Counted from the first letter of the stretch, positions 8,923-18,192 are shown. The stretch is DNA of 64,000 bases from Arcobacteraceae bacterium (GCA_048268245.1 JBLWVX010000008.1:1-64000); one strand, 5' to 3'. Notes: generated by a model not told the origin, from the letters alone. A program made the numbers and translations.

Positions 8923-10119
8923 TTAGTCCTCTAAAGTATAGTATTTTGTTTTAGCATAGTTTGAAAAGTACTCAAACTTTTCATCAAGGGCTTTTATCTC
9001 AAATGAAATTAATTCATTTAAATTTTTAATTAAAGCTTCTGGCTTAACTTTTGAAAAACTATTATTGTTTTCAAGGTTTTTCTGTATCTTCTTTTTAAGT
9101 GGTAAAATTTGCTTTTTTATAAGTTTATAGTTTAAAAAAGCACTATTCGCACTATTAACATATGTTTTAAGTTCTGTTTGTAAAACTCTTTTTGTATCAT
9201 CAAGTTTTGAAGTGACTTTATTTGATTCAAACTTTGCTTTTAAAGAGTTCAATTTTTGAGTATTATTTATAGTTAAAGGTATATTGACAGAGATATTCGC
9301 ATAATCTTCAAACTTACTATCTCTATTAAAATAAGTCACATTTACTTTAATATCAGGTATTTGTTTTGCTTTTTCAAGCTTTGAAAGATAGATATATTTT
9401 TTTGATTTTATATACTCTTGTTTTAAAATTGGATGTTCATCACTATTCATATTTAAAACTAGCTTTTTTAACTTGTTTATATCATTTTGTGAAATTTCAT
9501 CTATTTTCATATAAGAAATTTGCTCTAGCTTTAAATATAAATTATCAATTAGATTCTTTAGTTTTTGTTTTTGAATTTCTACTTTAAAAAAAAGTACCTT
9601 CGCATCTATTACTTCATTTTGTGTAGTTTTTCCAAACTCATAAAGAGATTTAGATAAAAACTCTAATGTTTTGATATTTTTTTTATACTCATCAAGTAGT
9701 TTTAGTTTGTTTTCTAAAACTAGTATTGAGTAAGCTAACTCATAAATCTTTGCTTTTAGCTTTAACTTTTGATTTTCTAGTACTAGAGTTTTGATTTGCA
9801 TATCTTTTAAAGCTATTTTTTCTTTTATTTCCAATTTCCCATTTGTAGGAATAACTTGAGAAAGCCCAATAAAACTAGCCTGCATTGCTTCTTTATCTCT
9901 TTTAAAAGGCTCATCAAAATGAATATCATTAAATCCAAGACTAAGTACTGGATCACTCCATTTTGAAGCAAGTTTTATATTTTCATTCGCAACTTTAATA
10001 GAGTGATTTAAACTTCTTAAATCACTACTATTTTGTAAACTATTTGAAACAATTTCATCTATTGATACTGCAAAACTCAAAGATGTACATAGAGTTAATG
10101 TTAAAGCTAACTTTTTCAT
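8923..10119 (-). CDS. TolC-family outer membrane efflux protein (CrdB-like)
   Basis: Signal peptide, helical OEP repeats, position in the RND operon. Confidence 0.82.
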   Translation of the reverse strand: MKKLALTLTLCTSLSFAVSIDEIVSNSLQNSSDLRSLNHSIKVANENIKLASKWSDPVLSLGFNDIHFDEPFKRDKEAMQASFIGLSQVIPTNGKLEIKEKIALKDMQIKTLVLENQKLKLKAKIYELAYSILVLENKLKLLDEYKKNIKTLEFLSKSLYEFGKTTQNEVIDAKVLFFKVEIQKQKLKNLIDNLYLKLEQISYMKIDEISQNDINKLKKLVLNMNSDEHPILKQEYIKSKKYIYLSKLEKAKQIPDIKVNVTYFNRDSKFEDYANISVNIPLTINNTQKLNSLKAKFESNKVTSKLDDTKRVLQTELKTYVNSANSAFLNYKLIKKQILPLKKKIQKNLENNNSFSKVKPEALIKNLNELISFEIKALDEKFEYFSNYAKTKYYTLED

Positions 10120-10502
10120 TATATATTCACACTTCCTCTTAAAGTATAAACTTTTCCTTCTTTTGTTTTAAACTTAAGTTGATATTGCCATGTTCCACTC
10201 ATAGGAAAATTAATCATCATTTTATATTTTCCATTTATAAATTTTGCTTTATCCTTATATTCCATATATGGCATACCTGGCATTTCTGGCATAAAAAACT
10301 TTGATTTTACTTTTGCGTTTGTTACTGTTTGTCCATCTTTTAAAAGTTCTACAAAAAGATTATTGTCTCCTGCAACTAAAGATTTTTCAGATGTCATCTT
10401 TATAGTATAACCACCTTTTTCTCCTGTTTGAGAAACTGGTTCTGCACTTAAGATACCAACTGTAAATAACATTGCTACAATTACTTTGAAAATTGACTTC
10501 AT
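10119..10502 (-). CDS. crdA: CrdA-like (YtkA/FixH-fold) periplasmic copper-binding protein
   Basis: Signal peptide, MPEMPGMPYM motif, MSGTW; first gene of a crdA-crdB-czcB-czcA-type operon as in Helicobacter pylori. Confidence 0.78.
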   Translation of the reverse strand: MKSIFKVIVAMLFTVGILSAEPVSQTGEKGGYTIKMTSEKSLVAGDNNLFVELLKDGQTVTNAKVKSKFFMPEMPGMPYMEYKDKAKFINGKYKMMINFPMSGTWQYQLKFKTKEGKVYTLRGSVNI

Positions 10503-10529
10503 TTAAGACTCCTAATTTTTATTTTAGGA

Positions 10530-10562
10530 ATCTTAACTTTTTTATATGGAGTTTGTGTGTAG
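10530..10562 (-). promoter_or_regulatory. Copper-island box plus -10 for the crdA efflux operon
   Basis: Minus strand CTACAC-ACAAA-CTCCAT-N10-TAAGAT. Confidence 0.75.
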
Positions 10563-11711
10563 TTAAAACTTTAATTCAAAAGTAGTTGATTTTTGGTACT
10601 GCGAGCTTACATCTATTTTAATATTATAGTGTTTACAAATATCGCTTACTATATTTAAGCCTAATCCAAAACCACCTTGTTCATTTGTAGCTCTATAATA
10701 TCTGTTGAAAATATCATTTACTTTTTCTTTTTTTATTCCTATACCTGTATCTTTAATAGTTAAAATATTTTCATCTAAAGTAATATAAATTTTTCCTTTT
10801 ACTTTATTATATTTTATGGCATTTGAAATAAGATTATTTACAACTCTAATAAAGTCATCTTTATCAATTTCAAAATAAAAATCTTTTATATCTTTTTTTA
10901 TTTCAATTTTTTTCTTGCTTGATAATGGAATAAAATACTCCAATTGTTCTTCTATTAACTCTTTTAGATTATATTTTTTTATATCTCTATTTTTATCTTT
11001 ATTTTGTAAAAAAATATATGTTAAATCTTTATATATTTCAGATACTCTTTGGGCACTAAGTCTTATTCTTTCAATCTTTTTTTCATTTAAAGTTTTATCT
11101 TCAGTAGACATCATAATAGCACTAATAGGAGTATTTAATTCATGTGTAGTATCTTTTATAAAGTTATTTAACTTAACTCTTTCTTCTTTTATTGGTTTTA
11201 AAAAAAGCTTGCCAAGATAAAAGCCAACAAGACATATAAACAAATAAATAAAAGAAAAAAATACTAAAATATTTAGTTTTAAACTATCTATTTTTTCATG
11301 ATAAGAATTATCTTCAATAGCTAAAAAATAAACCCCTAAATGCCCAAAGGTTGAATCATCAACTAAAATTAAACTTTTTTTTGTTTCAATGACTTTTTTT
11401 TCTAAATTTAATTTTGTATTGAGATTACCAAAAATCTTTTTTTTGTTTTTATCATAAAAAGCTATTTTATAAGTTTTATTTTTTAAAAGATTAGAAGTAT
11501 CAAACTTACTATTTGACATGTGAGCTAAAGTAACTTTAGAAGATAATTTTGATAAGTTGTTTTGCATTCTCGATTTTGTTAAATCTAAATAAAGTCTTTG
11601 TTCATTCTGAAAATAAAAAAAAGCCAAAAATAAAATCAAAATCAAAGAAGAACCTAGAAATAGACCAACAAATCTATAATAAGTACTCTTTTCACTAGCT
11701 GTTAAATCTAT
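10563..11711 (-). CDS. crdS: Sensor histidine kinase, CrdS-like (start uncertain: TTG 11645 or ATA 11711)
   Basis: Two TMs, DTTHELNTPI H-box, NNLISNAIKYN, GFGLGL; frame is open to an ATA with GGAG upstream. Confidence 0.78.
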   Translation of the reverse strand: MDLTASEKSTYYRFVGLFLGSSLILILFLAFFYFQNEQRLYLDLTKSRMQNNLSKLSSKVTLAHMSNSKFDTSNLLKNKTYKIAFYDKNKKKIFGNLNTKLNLEKKVIETKKSLILVDDSTFGHLGVYFLAIEDNSYHEKIDSLKLNILVFFSFIYLFICLVGFYLGKLFLKPIKEERVKLNNFIKDTTHELNTPISAIMMSTEDKTLNEKKIERIRLSAQRVSEIYKDLTYIFLQNKDKNRDIKKYNLKELIEEQLEYFIPLSSKKKIEIKKDIKDFYFEIDKDDFIRVVNNLISNAIKYNKVKGKIYITLDENILTIKDTGIGIKKEKVNDIFNRYYRATNEQGGFGLGLNIVSDICKHYNIKIDVSSQYQKSTTFELKF

Positions 11712-12354
11712 AGCCTACTCCTCTAATATTTGAGATTAAATCCTCATTTAAAATTTTACGTAAATTTTTTATATATGTTCTTATTGTTGCAGGACTTGGA
11801 TTATCTTCATAAGCCCATACATTCATACTTAATTCATCTACACTTACAGCAACATTTTTTCTTTTCATTAAGTATAATAACACATCACACTCTTTTTGTC
11901 TAATGTGAATTTTTTCATTATCTTTTATTATTTCTAAATTATTTACATCTAATTTTATATTTTCACTAATTTCTAAAAGTTCATTAGGAGAAATATTATG
12001 AAGTCTACAAACATTTTTAATTCTTAAATCTAACTCTCTTAACTCAAAAGGTTTTTTAATATAATCATCACAACCCGTTTTAAAACCTTCTTCTACATCC
12101 TCTAATAAATTTGCAGATGTGATAAAAATTGTTGCAGTATTTATACTTTCATCTCTTAGGTGCTTTAATAATTCAAAACCATTTAAAGAAGGTACATTGA
12201 TATCAAATAATAATATATCATAGTTTTTAGAATAAATAAGTTCTAAAGCTTCATTTCCATCATAAGCACAGTCTACATCATGCCCTTTCTCTTCTAAATG
12301 TTCTTCTATTATCTCATTTAGTAATAAATCATCTTCTAATAATAATATTTTCAT
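11695..12354 (-). CDS. crdR: OmpR-family response regulator, CrdR-like
   Basis: Receiver plus winged helix with IRTYIKNLRK; coupled to the kinase upstream of crdA. Confidence 0.78.
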   Translation of the reverse strand: MKILLLEDDLLLNEIIEEHLEEKGHDVDCAYDGNEALELIYSKNYDILLFDINVPSLNGFELLKHLRDESINTATIFITSANLLEDVEEGFKTGCDDYIKKPFELRELDLRIKNVCRLHNISPNELLEISENIKLDVNNLEIIKDNEKIHIRQKECDVLLYLMKRKNVAVSVDELSMNVWAYEDNPSPATIRTYIKNLRKILNEDLISNIRGVGYRFNS

Positions 12355-12396
12355 ATAATTCCTTATGAAAATATTATAACATAAATATTTTTGTAT

Positions 12397-12422
12397 AAAG
12401 AGATTACTAAAGTAATCTCTTT
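12397..12422 (-). terminator. Probable intrinsic terminator after the porin gene
   Basis: aaagagattact / agtaatctcttt inverted repeat. Confidence 0.7.
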
Positions 12423-12426
12423 TAAT

Positions 12427-13623
12427 TTAGAACGAATAAATTAATCTTGTTCTTAGATCCGTTGCATCTTTAGAATCATCTTCATAATCTAAAATCGAAT
12501 AATCCAATTGAGCTTTTAATGAACTATTAAATTTATACTCTAAATTTAATGTAGTTTCATCTAAATCTGCATTAATTGAAGGTAAATCAAAACTTGAATA
12601 TCTTAGTTTTGTTTTTAAATCTGCAAACTTATAAGCAGCTCCAATTTGCCATGAATCTGCCCCAGCTTTAAATGCTTTTGAACCAGCTGTTTTAGTTGTA
12701 GCAGTATAATGAGCATAAGCTCCTTGACCAATTCCTCTAACTACATCATTATCATCATCTGTTGAAGTATATCCCGCAAATAATGAAACATCCGAAATAT
12801 TACCACCAATCTTGAATCCATACATTGAAGAATCATTAGATGATGCAGCATCATAATTTGTATTATAATATTGAGCAGCAATATAAGCAGGTCCTAAATC
12901 ATATTTAGCATCTGCATAAATCCCTACAGCAACATCAACTACATCTGCATATTGTGCTTGAATAGTTAGATTTGAAATAGAATTGTTCTTTAAATAAATT
13001 GTTCTAACACCATCATTACCAATTTTATAGAAATCACCTGGTTCACCTGTTCCATTTGAATCAAAGTTAACAAAAGAGTTATCACTATATGAAGACTTAT
13101 CAGTTCTTGTTTGATATTTTGTAATTAATCCTGCTACTAATGTTGTATCAGGAATATCACTATTAACTAATAAATATGCTTCAAAAGATTCTTTAATAAG
13201 TCTTGAACCTGAACCTGCTAATAAAGGCGTTTTTACATATTGTCTACCACCTTTAAATGTAGTATTGTTATACGTATATTGTAAGTAAGACTCTGATAAT
13301 ACAGATCCTTGTGCGTCCATACTTCCTGCAGTTTTACCATCTTCATCATCTAGACTTGTTACTTGAGAAGTTTGTAGTGTAGCACCTAACACTAATCCAT
13401 TATACGAATCTGTAACAAAATTTAAAGATCCTCCATTTGCCCAAATTGAACTATCATTTTTATTAGCGCCATCAAAATCTTGTGCAAAATAATATGACTT
13501 AAGTTCTCCTTTTAATTTTCCATTTGAAAATGCTTCTGAAATTGAATCAGCTGCGAATAACTGTGAACTTGAACTAAATACTGTTATTGCAGTAATTAAA
13601 CTTAATTTCATTATCTTTTTCAT
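12427..13623 (-). CDS. OprD-like outer membrane porin
   Basis: ATG 13623 with AGGAG SD, signal peptide, KGGRQ...TPL, beta-strand pattern, C-terminal YSF. Confidence 0.85.
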   Translation of the reverse strand: MKKIMKLSLITAITVFSSSSQLFAADSISEAFSNGKLKGELKSYYFAQDFDGANKNDSSIWANGGSLNFVTDSYNGLVLGATLQTSQVTSLDDEDGKTAGSMDAQGSVLSESYLQYTYNNTTFKGGRQYVKTPLLAGSGSRLIKESFEAYLLVNSDIPDTTLVAGLITKYQTRTDKSSYSDNSFVNFDSNGTGEPGDFYKIGNDGVRTIYLKNNSISNLTIQAQYADVVDVAVGIYADAKYDLGPAYIAAQYYNTNYDAASSNDSSMYGFKIGGNISDVSLFAGYTSTDDDNDVVRGIGQGAYAHYTATTKTAGSKAFKAGADSWQIGAAYKFADLKTKLRYSSFDLPSINADLDETTLNLEYKFNSSLKAQLDYSILDYEDDSKDATDLRTRLIYSF

Positions 13624-13660
13624 TTCTTCTCCTAATTTTATTAATTTACAAAACACTGGT

Positions 13661-13693
13661 AGTTTAACTCACAAAGATGTAGTTAACATGTAG
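13661..13693 (-). promoter_or_regulatory. Copper-island box plus -10 for the porin
   Basis: Minus strand CTACAT-GTTAA-CTACAT-N10-TAAACT. Confidence 0.75.
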
Positions 13694-13695
13694 TT

Positions 13696-13728
13696 TTACA
13701 CCTTGGTTCCATCTTTAAAATATATCAT
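13696..13728 (+). promoter_or_regulatory. Copper-island box plus -10 for the orphan regulator at 13756
   Basis: TTACAC-CTTGG-TTCCAT-N10-TATCAT, back-to-back with the porin box. Confidence 0.68.
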
Positions 13729-13755
13729 TCAATTAATATATAAGAAGGAATAAAA

Positions 13756-14409
13756 ATGAAAATACTATTATTAGAAGATGATATTATTCTTGCGGATTTA
13801 TTAAAAGAGTATTTAGAAAAACAATTTTATAGTGTAACTCATCTTTATTCAGGAGAAGAGGCTTTAGAAAAACTCTTTTTTAATAAATATGATTTATTAA
13901 TCTTTGATATAAATGTTCCTGATATAAATGGTTTAAAAGTTTTTGAAAATTTCTCAAATGAAGGATTTAACACACCAATTATTTTTATAAGTGCCTCTAC
14001 AGACTTTAAAGAATTTGAGAAAGCATATAAAATTGGTGCAAATGATTTTCTTAGAAAACCTTTTAAATTAGAAGAATTAAAACTTAGAATTGAATATATT
14101 CAAAAGAACCTTTTATCTTCTAAATTTTTCATTTTAAATGAAAATATTAAATTTGATTTTTATAATATGTGCTTAGAAAAAAAAGGAAAAAAAATAAAAC
14201 TTCCTAAAAAAGAAGCTGAGATAATTAAATATTTTTTAACAAATAGTAATAGAATTATCTCTATAAATGAATTAATAGTTAATATTTGGGATTACTCTAG
14301 TACTCCATCAATTGCTACAATTAGAACATATATAAAAAATATTAGAAAAAACCTTGAGTATGATTTTCTTGAAACGGCTAAAGGCTTAGGATATATATTC
14401 AAAATTTAA
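13756..14409 (+). CDS. Orphan OmpR-family response regulator (CrdR paralogue)
   Basis: MKILLLEDD, FDINVP, ATIRTYIKNIRK; no adjacent kinase. Confidence 0.9.
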   Translation: MKILLLEDDIILADLLKEYLEKQFYSVTHLYSGEEALEKLFFNKYDLLIFDINVPDINGLKVFENFSNEGFNTPIIFISASTDFKEFEKAYKIGANDFLRKPFKLEELKLRIEYIQKNLLSSKFFILNENIKFDFYNMCLEKKGKKIKLPKKEAEIIKYFLTNSNRIISINELIVNIWDYSSTPSIATIRTYIKNIRKNLEYDFLETAKGLGYIFKI

Positions 14410-14411
14410 AT

Positions 14412-14444
14412 CTACACGTTAACTACATTTAAAAAATATATACT
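14412..14444 (+). promoter_or_regulatory. Copper-island box plus -10 for the candidate sRNA
   Basis: CTACAC-GTTAA-CTACAT-N10-TATACT. Confidence 0.75.
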
Positions 14445-14449
14445 TCTTA

Positions 14450-14550
14450 AAAGTCAATTCTTGGCTTTATCATAATGCCGAAGTAAACTCCTAAATTTTC
14501 GAAATCTTTTAAAATGCGAACCTTATACCTTCTCTTCGGCATTATTTTTT
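14450..14550 (+). ncRNA. Candidate small regulatory RNA or structured leader
   Basis: 5' hairpin aagtcaa/ttggctt; perfect 12-bp stem 14472-14483/14534-14545 followed by a T tract; CU-rich loop AAACTCCT; own boxed promoter. Confidence 0.6.
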
Positions 14551-14581
14551 CCACACACAGTCCACATGATTTATATAAAAT
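14549..14581 (+). promoter_or_regulatory. Copper-island box plus -10 for SHOCT-regulator operon
   Basis: TTCCAC-ACACA-GTCCAC-N10-TAAAAT. Confidence 0.7.
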
Positions 14582-14607
14582 AGCATCAAATAAAATAAGG
14601 AGTTTCT

Positions 14608-14823
14608 ATGTTTTCATATATGGATATGAATATGACTATATTTCATGGTCTTACTATGTTTATATTTTGGTTTATTGTTTTTTTTATATTATTTTCATTA
14701 TTTAATAAAAAAGAAGACAAGAATAATTCTATAAATGAGATTTTAAAAAAGCGTTTTGCAAAAGGTGAAATTACAAAAAAGCAATATGAAGAAATTAAAG
14801 AAATACTAATTCAAGAGAGCTAA
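14608..14823 (+). CDS. SHOCT-domain small membrane protein
   Basis: AGGAG SD; Met/His N-terminus, one TM, EILKKRFAKGEITKKQYEE. Confidence 0.85.
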   Translation: MFSYMDMNMTIFHGLTMFIFWFIVFFILFSLFNKKEDKNNSINEILKKRFAKGEITKKQYEEIKEILIQES

Positions 14824-15492
14824 ATGAAAATTTTACTTTTAGAAGATGATATGATTTTAAATGAAATTGTTGAAGAGTTTTTGGTATCTTTAAATTATGA
14901 AGTAGTCTCAGTTTATGATGGCCAAGAAGCTCTTGAAATAATTTATGAAGAAAAGTTTGATCTTTTTTTATTTGATGTTAATGTACCAAATATTAATGGC
15001 TTTGATTTATTAAAAGAATTAAAAAAAGAAAATATAAATACAGCAATAATCTTTATTACTTCAAGAAGCTTGCCCGAGGATTTAAAAATTGGTTTTAGTT
15101 TAGGATGTGATGACTACCTAAGAAAACCTTTTGAATTAAGTGAACTTCAATTAAGAATAGAAAATATAGCTAGATTAAGACAAATAAATACTTATGGTTT
15201 AATTAAAATTGATGAAAATATTCAATACAATTCTCAATCAAAAACTATTATAAAAAATTCTAAAGAATATAATTTATCAAATATTGAATCAAAAATATTT
15301 GAATATATGCTAAAAAATAAAAATAGACCTTTATCAATTGATGAAATTTCTATTAATATATGGCTCTATGATGAAATACCAGAAACGACTACAATAAGAA
15401 CTTATATTAAAAATCTAAGAAAAAAATTAGAGAAAAATAGTATTACAACAATAAAAAATATTGGATATAAATTAAATATAAAAGTAGACTAG
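14824..15492 (+). CDS. Orphan OmpR-family response regulator (CrdR paralogue)
   Basis: Receiver plus winged helix, TIRTYIKNLRKK; no kinase follows. Confidence 0.9.
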   Translation: MKILLLEDDMILNEIVEEFLVSLNYEVVSVYDGQEALEIIYEEKFDLFLFDVNVPNINGFDLLKELKKENINTAIIFITSRSLPEDLKIGFSLGCDDYLRKPFELSELQLRIENIARLRQINTYGLIKIDENIQYNSQSKTIIKNSKEYNLSNIESKIFEYMLKNKNRPLSIDEISINIWLYDEIPETTTIRTYIKNLRKKLEKNSITTIKNIGYKLNIKVD

Positions 15493-15499
15493 GCTACTT

Positions 15500-17677
15500 T
15501 TATATTTTTTTAAGTTTTAGTCTTAGAGAGTTTAATACTACTGTAACAGAACTAAAACTCATAGCAATTCCTGCGTACATAGGACTTAACATTAATCCCC
15601 ATACTGGATATAAAACACCTGCAGCAAGTGGGATTCCAACAGCATTATAAATAAATGCCCAAAATAAATTTTGTTTAACTATTTTCATAGTTTCAACAGA
15701 TAAATTTAAACTTTTTATTATGGAATTTAATTCATTGTTGATTAAAATAATATCTCCCGCATCTTTACTTATATCAGAACCAGAGTTTAAAGTAATACCT
15801 ATATTAGCTTTTTTTATTGCTGGAGCATCATTTATACCATCACCAGCAAACATTACTATTGCATTTTTTTGTAGTTTCTCTATAATCTCATATTTTTCAG
15901 TAGGTATAACTTCACTATAAACTTTTTCAATTCCTAAATTATTTGCAATACTTAATGCAGTAGTTTTATTATCACCTGTTAATAATACAGGAGTAATTCC
16001 TCTATTTTTTAAACTTACAATTAATTGTTTTGCACCTACTTTTAGTTCATCAGCTAAAGAAAAAGACCCTATAGAAAGTTTATTTATTGCAGCTAAAATA
16101 ACTCCATTACCTTTTTCTAATTCTTCTAAATAAAACTCTTTATGTTTTTTATGTATTTCAACATTATTTTGCTCTAAAAGTTTTATATTTCCTATAAAGA
16201 TTTCATCATTTTTATAAAAAGCTTTCACTCCTTTTCCAGGTAAAACCTCTATATTTTCAATTTTTATATCTAAAGGTATTTTTTGATTATCTAAATACTT
16301 TACAACTGCTTTTGAAATAGGATGTTCACTATATTTTTCAAGGGAACCTAATAGTTTAAAATATTTTCCTTCTATATCTGTATTAACAACTGAAATTTCT
16401 CCTTTTGTTAATGTTCCTGTTTTATCAAAAACTGCATATTTTATTTCTTTAATTTGTTCTAATACTTCTGGGTTTTTGATTAAAATACCTTCTTTTGCTC
16501 CTCTACTAACAGAACTAACTATTGCTATTGGTGTTGCCAGTCCTAAAGCACAAGGACAAGATATGATTAAAACACTAATACTTGCAAGTATTGCATTTTG
16601 CACATTTCCTAATATTGCCCATATAATAAAAGTCAAAATAGAAGTTATAATTACTAAAGGAACAAAAACATTAGCAATTTTATCAGCAAATCTACTTATT
16701 GGTATTTGTTTACTTTGTGCATTTTTTAAAAGATCAATAATTTTAGATAAGGTTGTATCATTTGATTCTTTTAATACTTTTACTTTTAAAACACCATTTG
16801 TATTTAAAGTACCACTTAATAGTTCATCATTTTTTTCTTTATAAACAGGTAAAGATTCTCCTGTTATCATTGAAGCATCAATATTTGCTGAGCCTTCTAA
16901 TATCAAACCATCACAAGGAATTTTTTCTCCTGTTTTTACTAAAACTATATCATTAACTTTTAATTCTTTTATTAAAACTTGTTTTATGTCCTTTTCATTT
17001 AATACCAAATTTGCATATTGAGGTGCTAACTTCATCAAATTTTTCAAGAATGTACTAGCTTTTTGTTTGGAGTTTTCTTCTAAATATTTACCCAATAAAA
17101 CAAAACTAATAATGACAGCCGCACCATCAAAATATAAAAATCTTAAATTCTCAGGAAATAAAGAGGGAAAAAATACGACAAATGTCGAATAAAAATAAGC
17201 AGCACTTGTACCTAAAGCTACCAATACATTCATATCATAGTTATTATTTTTCACAGACTTATAAGAGAGTTTATAAAATCTAGCTCCTGTATAAAACTGA
17301 ACTATTGTAGCTATTAAAAATATTAAATAATTATTTGTAGGTTCATTAAATAAACTTGAAAAAGCAATGATAAATATAAGGATAGTTAAAGATATAGATA
17401 TAAAAAAGAGTTTTCTTAATTTTTTAAAAGCTATTAACTGTTCTTTTTCTAAGGCTTGAAGATTTTCCTCTACTTTATATCCAAGATCTTGTATTGAATT
17501 AATTAGTTTATTTTCATCAAATTTATTTTCATCAATCTCGAAGTAACCTTGGGAAGAAGCAAAACTTACCTTAGAAGAAATGACACCTTCTTGTTTATTT
17601 AAAAATTTTTCTATTCCATTAGAACAATTTACACATGTCATTCCTAAAATATTCAAATTTACTTTTTTTTTAGACAT
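15500..17677 (-). CDS. copA: Copper-translocating P1B-1 ATPase
   Basis: GMTCVNC HMA, TGES, CPCALGLATP, DKTGT, SEHP, GDGIND, YN and MSFSS Cu(I) motifs. Confidence 0.96.
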   Translation of the reverse strand: MSKKKVNLNILGMTCVNCSNGIEKFLNKQEGVISSKVSFASSQGYFEIDENKFDENKLINSIQDLGYKVEENLQALEKEQLIAFKKLRKLFFISISLTILIFIIAFSSLFNEPTNNYLIFLIATIVQFYTGARFYKLSYKSVKNNNYDMNVLVALGTSAAYFYSTFVVFFPSLFPENLRFLYFDGAAVIISFVLLGKYLEENSKQKASTFLKNLMKLAPQYANLVLNEKDIKQVLIKELKVNDIVLVKTGEKIPCDGLILEGSANIDASMITGESLPVYKEKNDELLSGTLNTNGVLKVKVLKESNDTTLSKIIDLLKNAQSKQIPISRFADKIANVFVPLVIITSILTFIIWAILGNVQNAILASISVLIISCPCALGLATPIAIVSSVSRGAKEGILIKNPEVLEQIKEIKYAVFDKTGTLTKGEISVVNTDIEGKYFKLLGSLEKYSEHPISKAVVKYLDNQKIPLDIKIENIEVLPGKGVKAFYKNDEIFIGNIKLLEQNNVEIHKKHKEFYLEELEKGNGVILAAINKLSIGSFSLADELKVGAKQLIVSLKNRGITPVLLTGDNKTTALSIANNLGIEKVYSEVIPTEKYEIIEKLQKNAIVMFAGDGINDAPAIKKANIGITLNSGSDISKDAGDIILINNELNSIIKSLNLSVETMKIVKQNLFWAFIYNAVGIPLAAGVLYPVWGLMLSPMYAGIAMSFSSVTVVLNSLRLKLKKI

Positions 17678-17705
17678 CTTATATCCTTATTAATTTCAAT
17701 ATTTG

Positions 17706-17909
17706 TTATTCTATAATTTCAAAATCTAATTCTTTCATTTCTTTTTTAAAAACCTCTTCTTGATTTTTATTTTCGATGTTCACAGAAACCTCTCTAGGTT
17801 CAACTTCTAAATTAACTTCTATTTCTCCAAAATTATTTTTTAAAGTACTTTTAATTAAATTAGCACAATTATTACATGAAATATTTCTTGCTTTATATAT
17901 TTTTTTCAT
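17706..17909 (-). CDS. HMA-domain copper chaperone (CopZ-like)
   Basis: ISCNNC motif, 67 aa, upstream of copA. Confidence 0.85.
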   Translation of the reverse strand: MKKIYKARNISCNNCANLIKSTLKNNFGEIEVNLEVEPREVSVNIENKNQEEVFKKEMKELDFEIIE

Positions 17910-17925
17910 TTAAAATCCTTTCATT

Positions 17926-17951
17926 ATCATGTCTCTTAATTGAGACATGAT
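17926..17951 (-). terminator. Hairpin between small secreted protein and copZ-like gene
   Basis: atcatgtctc / gagacatgat 10-bp inverted repeat. Confidence 0.55.
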
Positions 17952-17959
17952 TAATTTAT

Positions 17960-18163
17960 TTATCTATCTAAATTATCATCTGGATAGATTGTATCTAATA
18001 CACTTTGAGGAATTAAAGATTTTTCAACTTTCTTACTTTCACTTTTATGAAATTCTTTATGCATATTCATACATTTTTCTTTGCTCATATTATGACTATC
18101 ATTTGCATATAAACTTCCTGCTACTAAACCTAAAGCTAAAACTGATAATACTAACTTTTTCAT
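17960..18163 (-). CDS. Small secreted His/Met/Cys-containing protein
   Basis: AAGGA SD, signal peptide ending LYA, mature part SHNMSKEKCMNMHKEFH. Confidence 0.75.
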   Translation of the reverse strand: MKKLVLSVLALGLVAGSLYANDSHNMSKEKCMNMHKEFHKSESKKVEKSLIPQSVLDTIYPDDNLDR

Positions 18164-18192
18164 TATTTGTCCTTTATTTTTTGATTTAACGT

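Noticed and set aside
14514..14705. 63-aa ORF overlapping the sRNA candidate and SHOCT gene
   Set aside because: No SD, spans the terminator-like stem and the next promoter, and overlaps a better-supported gene in another frame.
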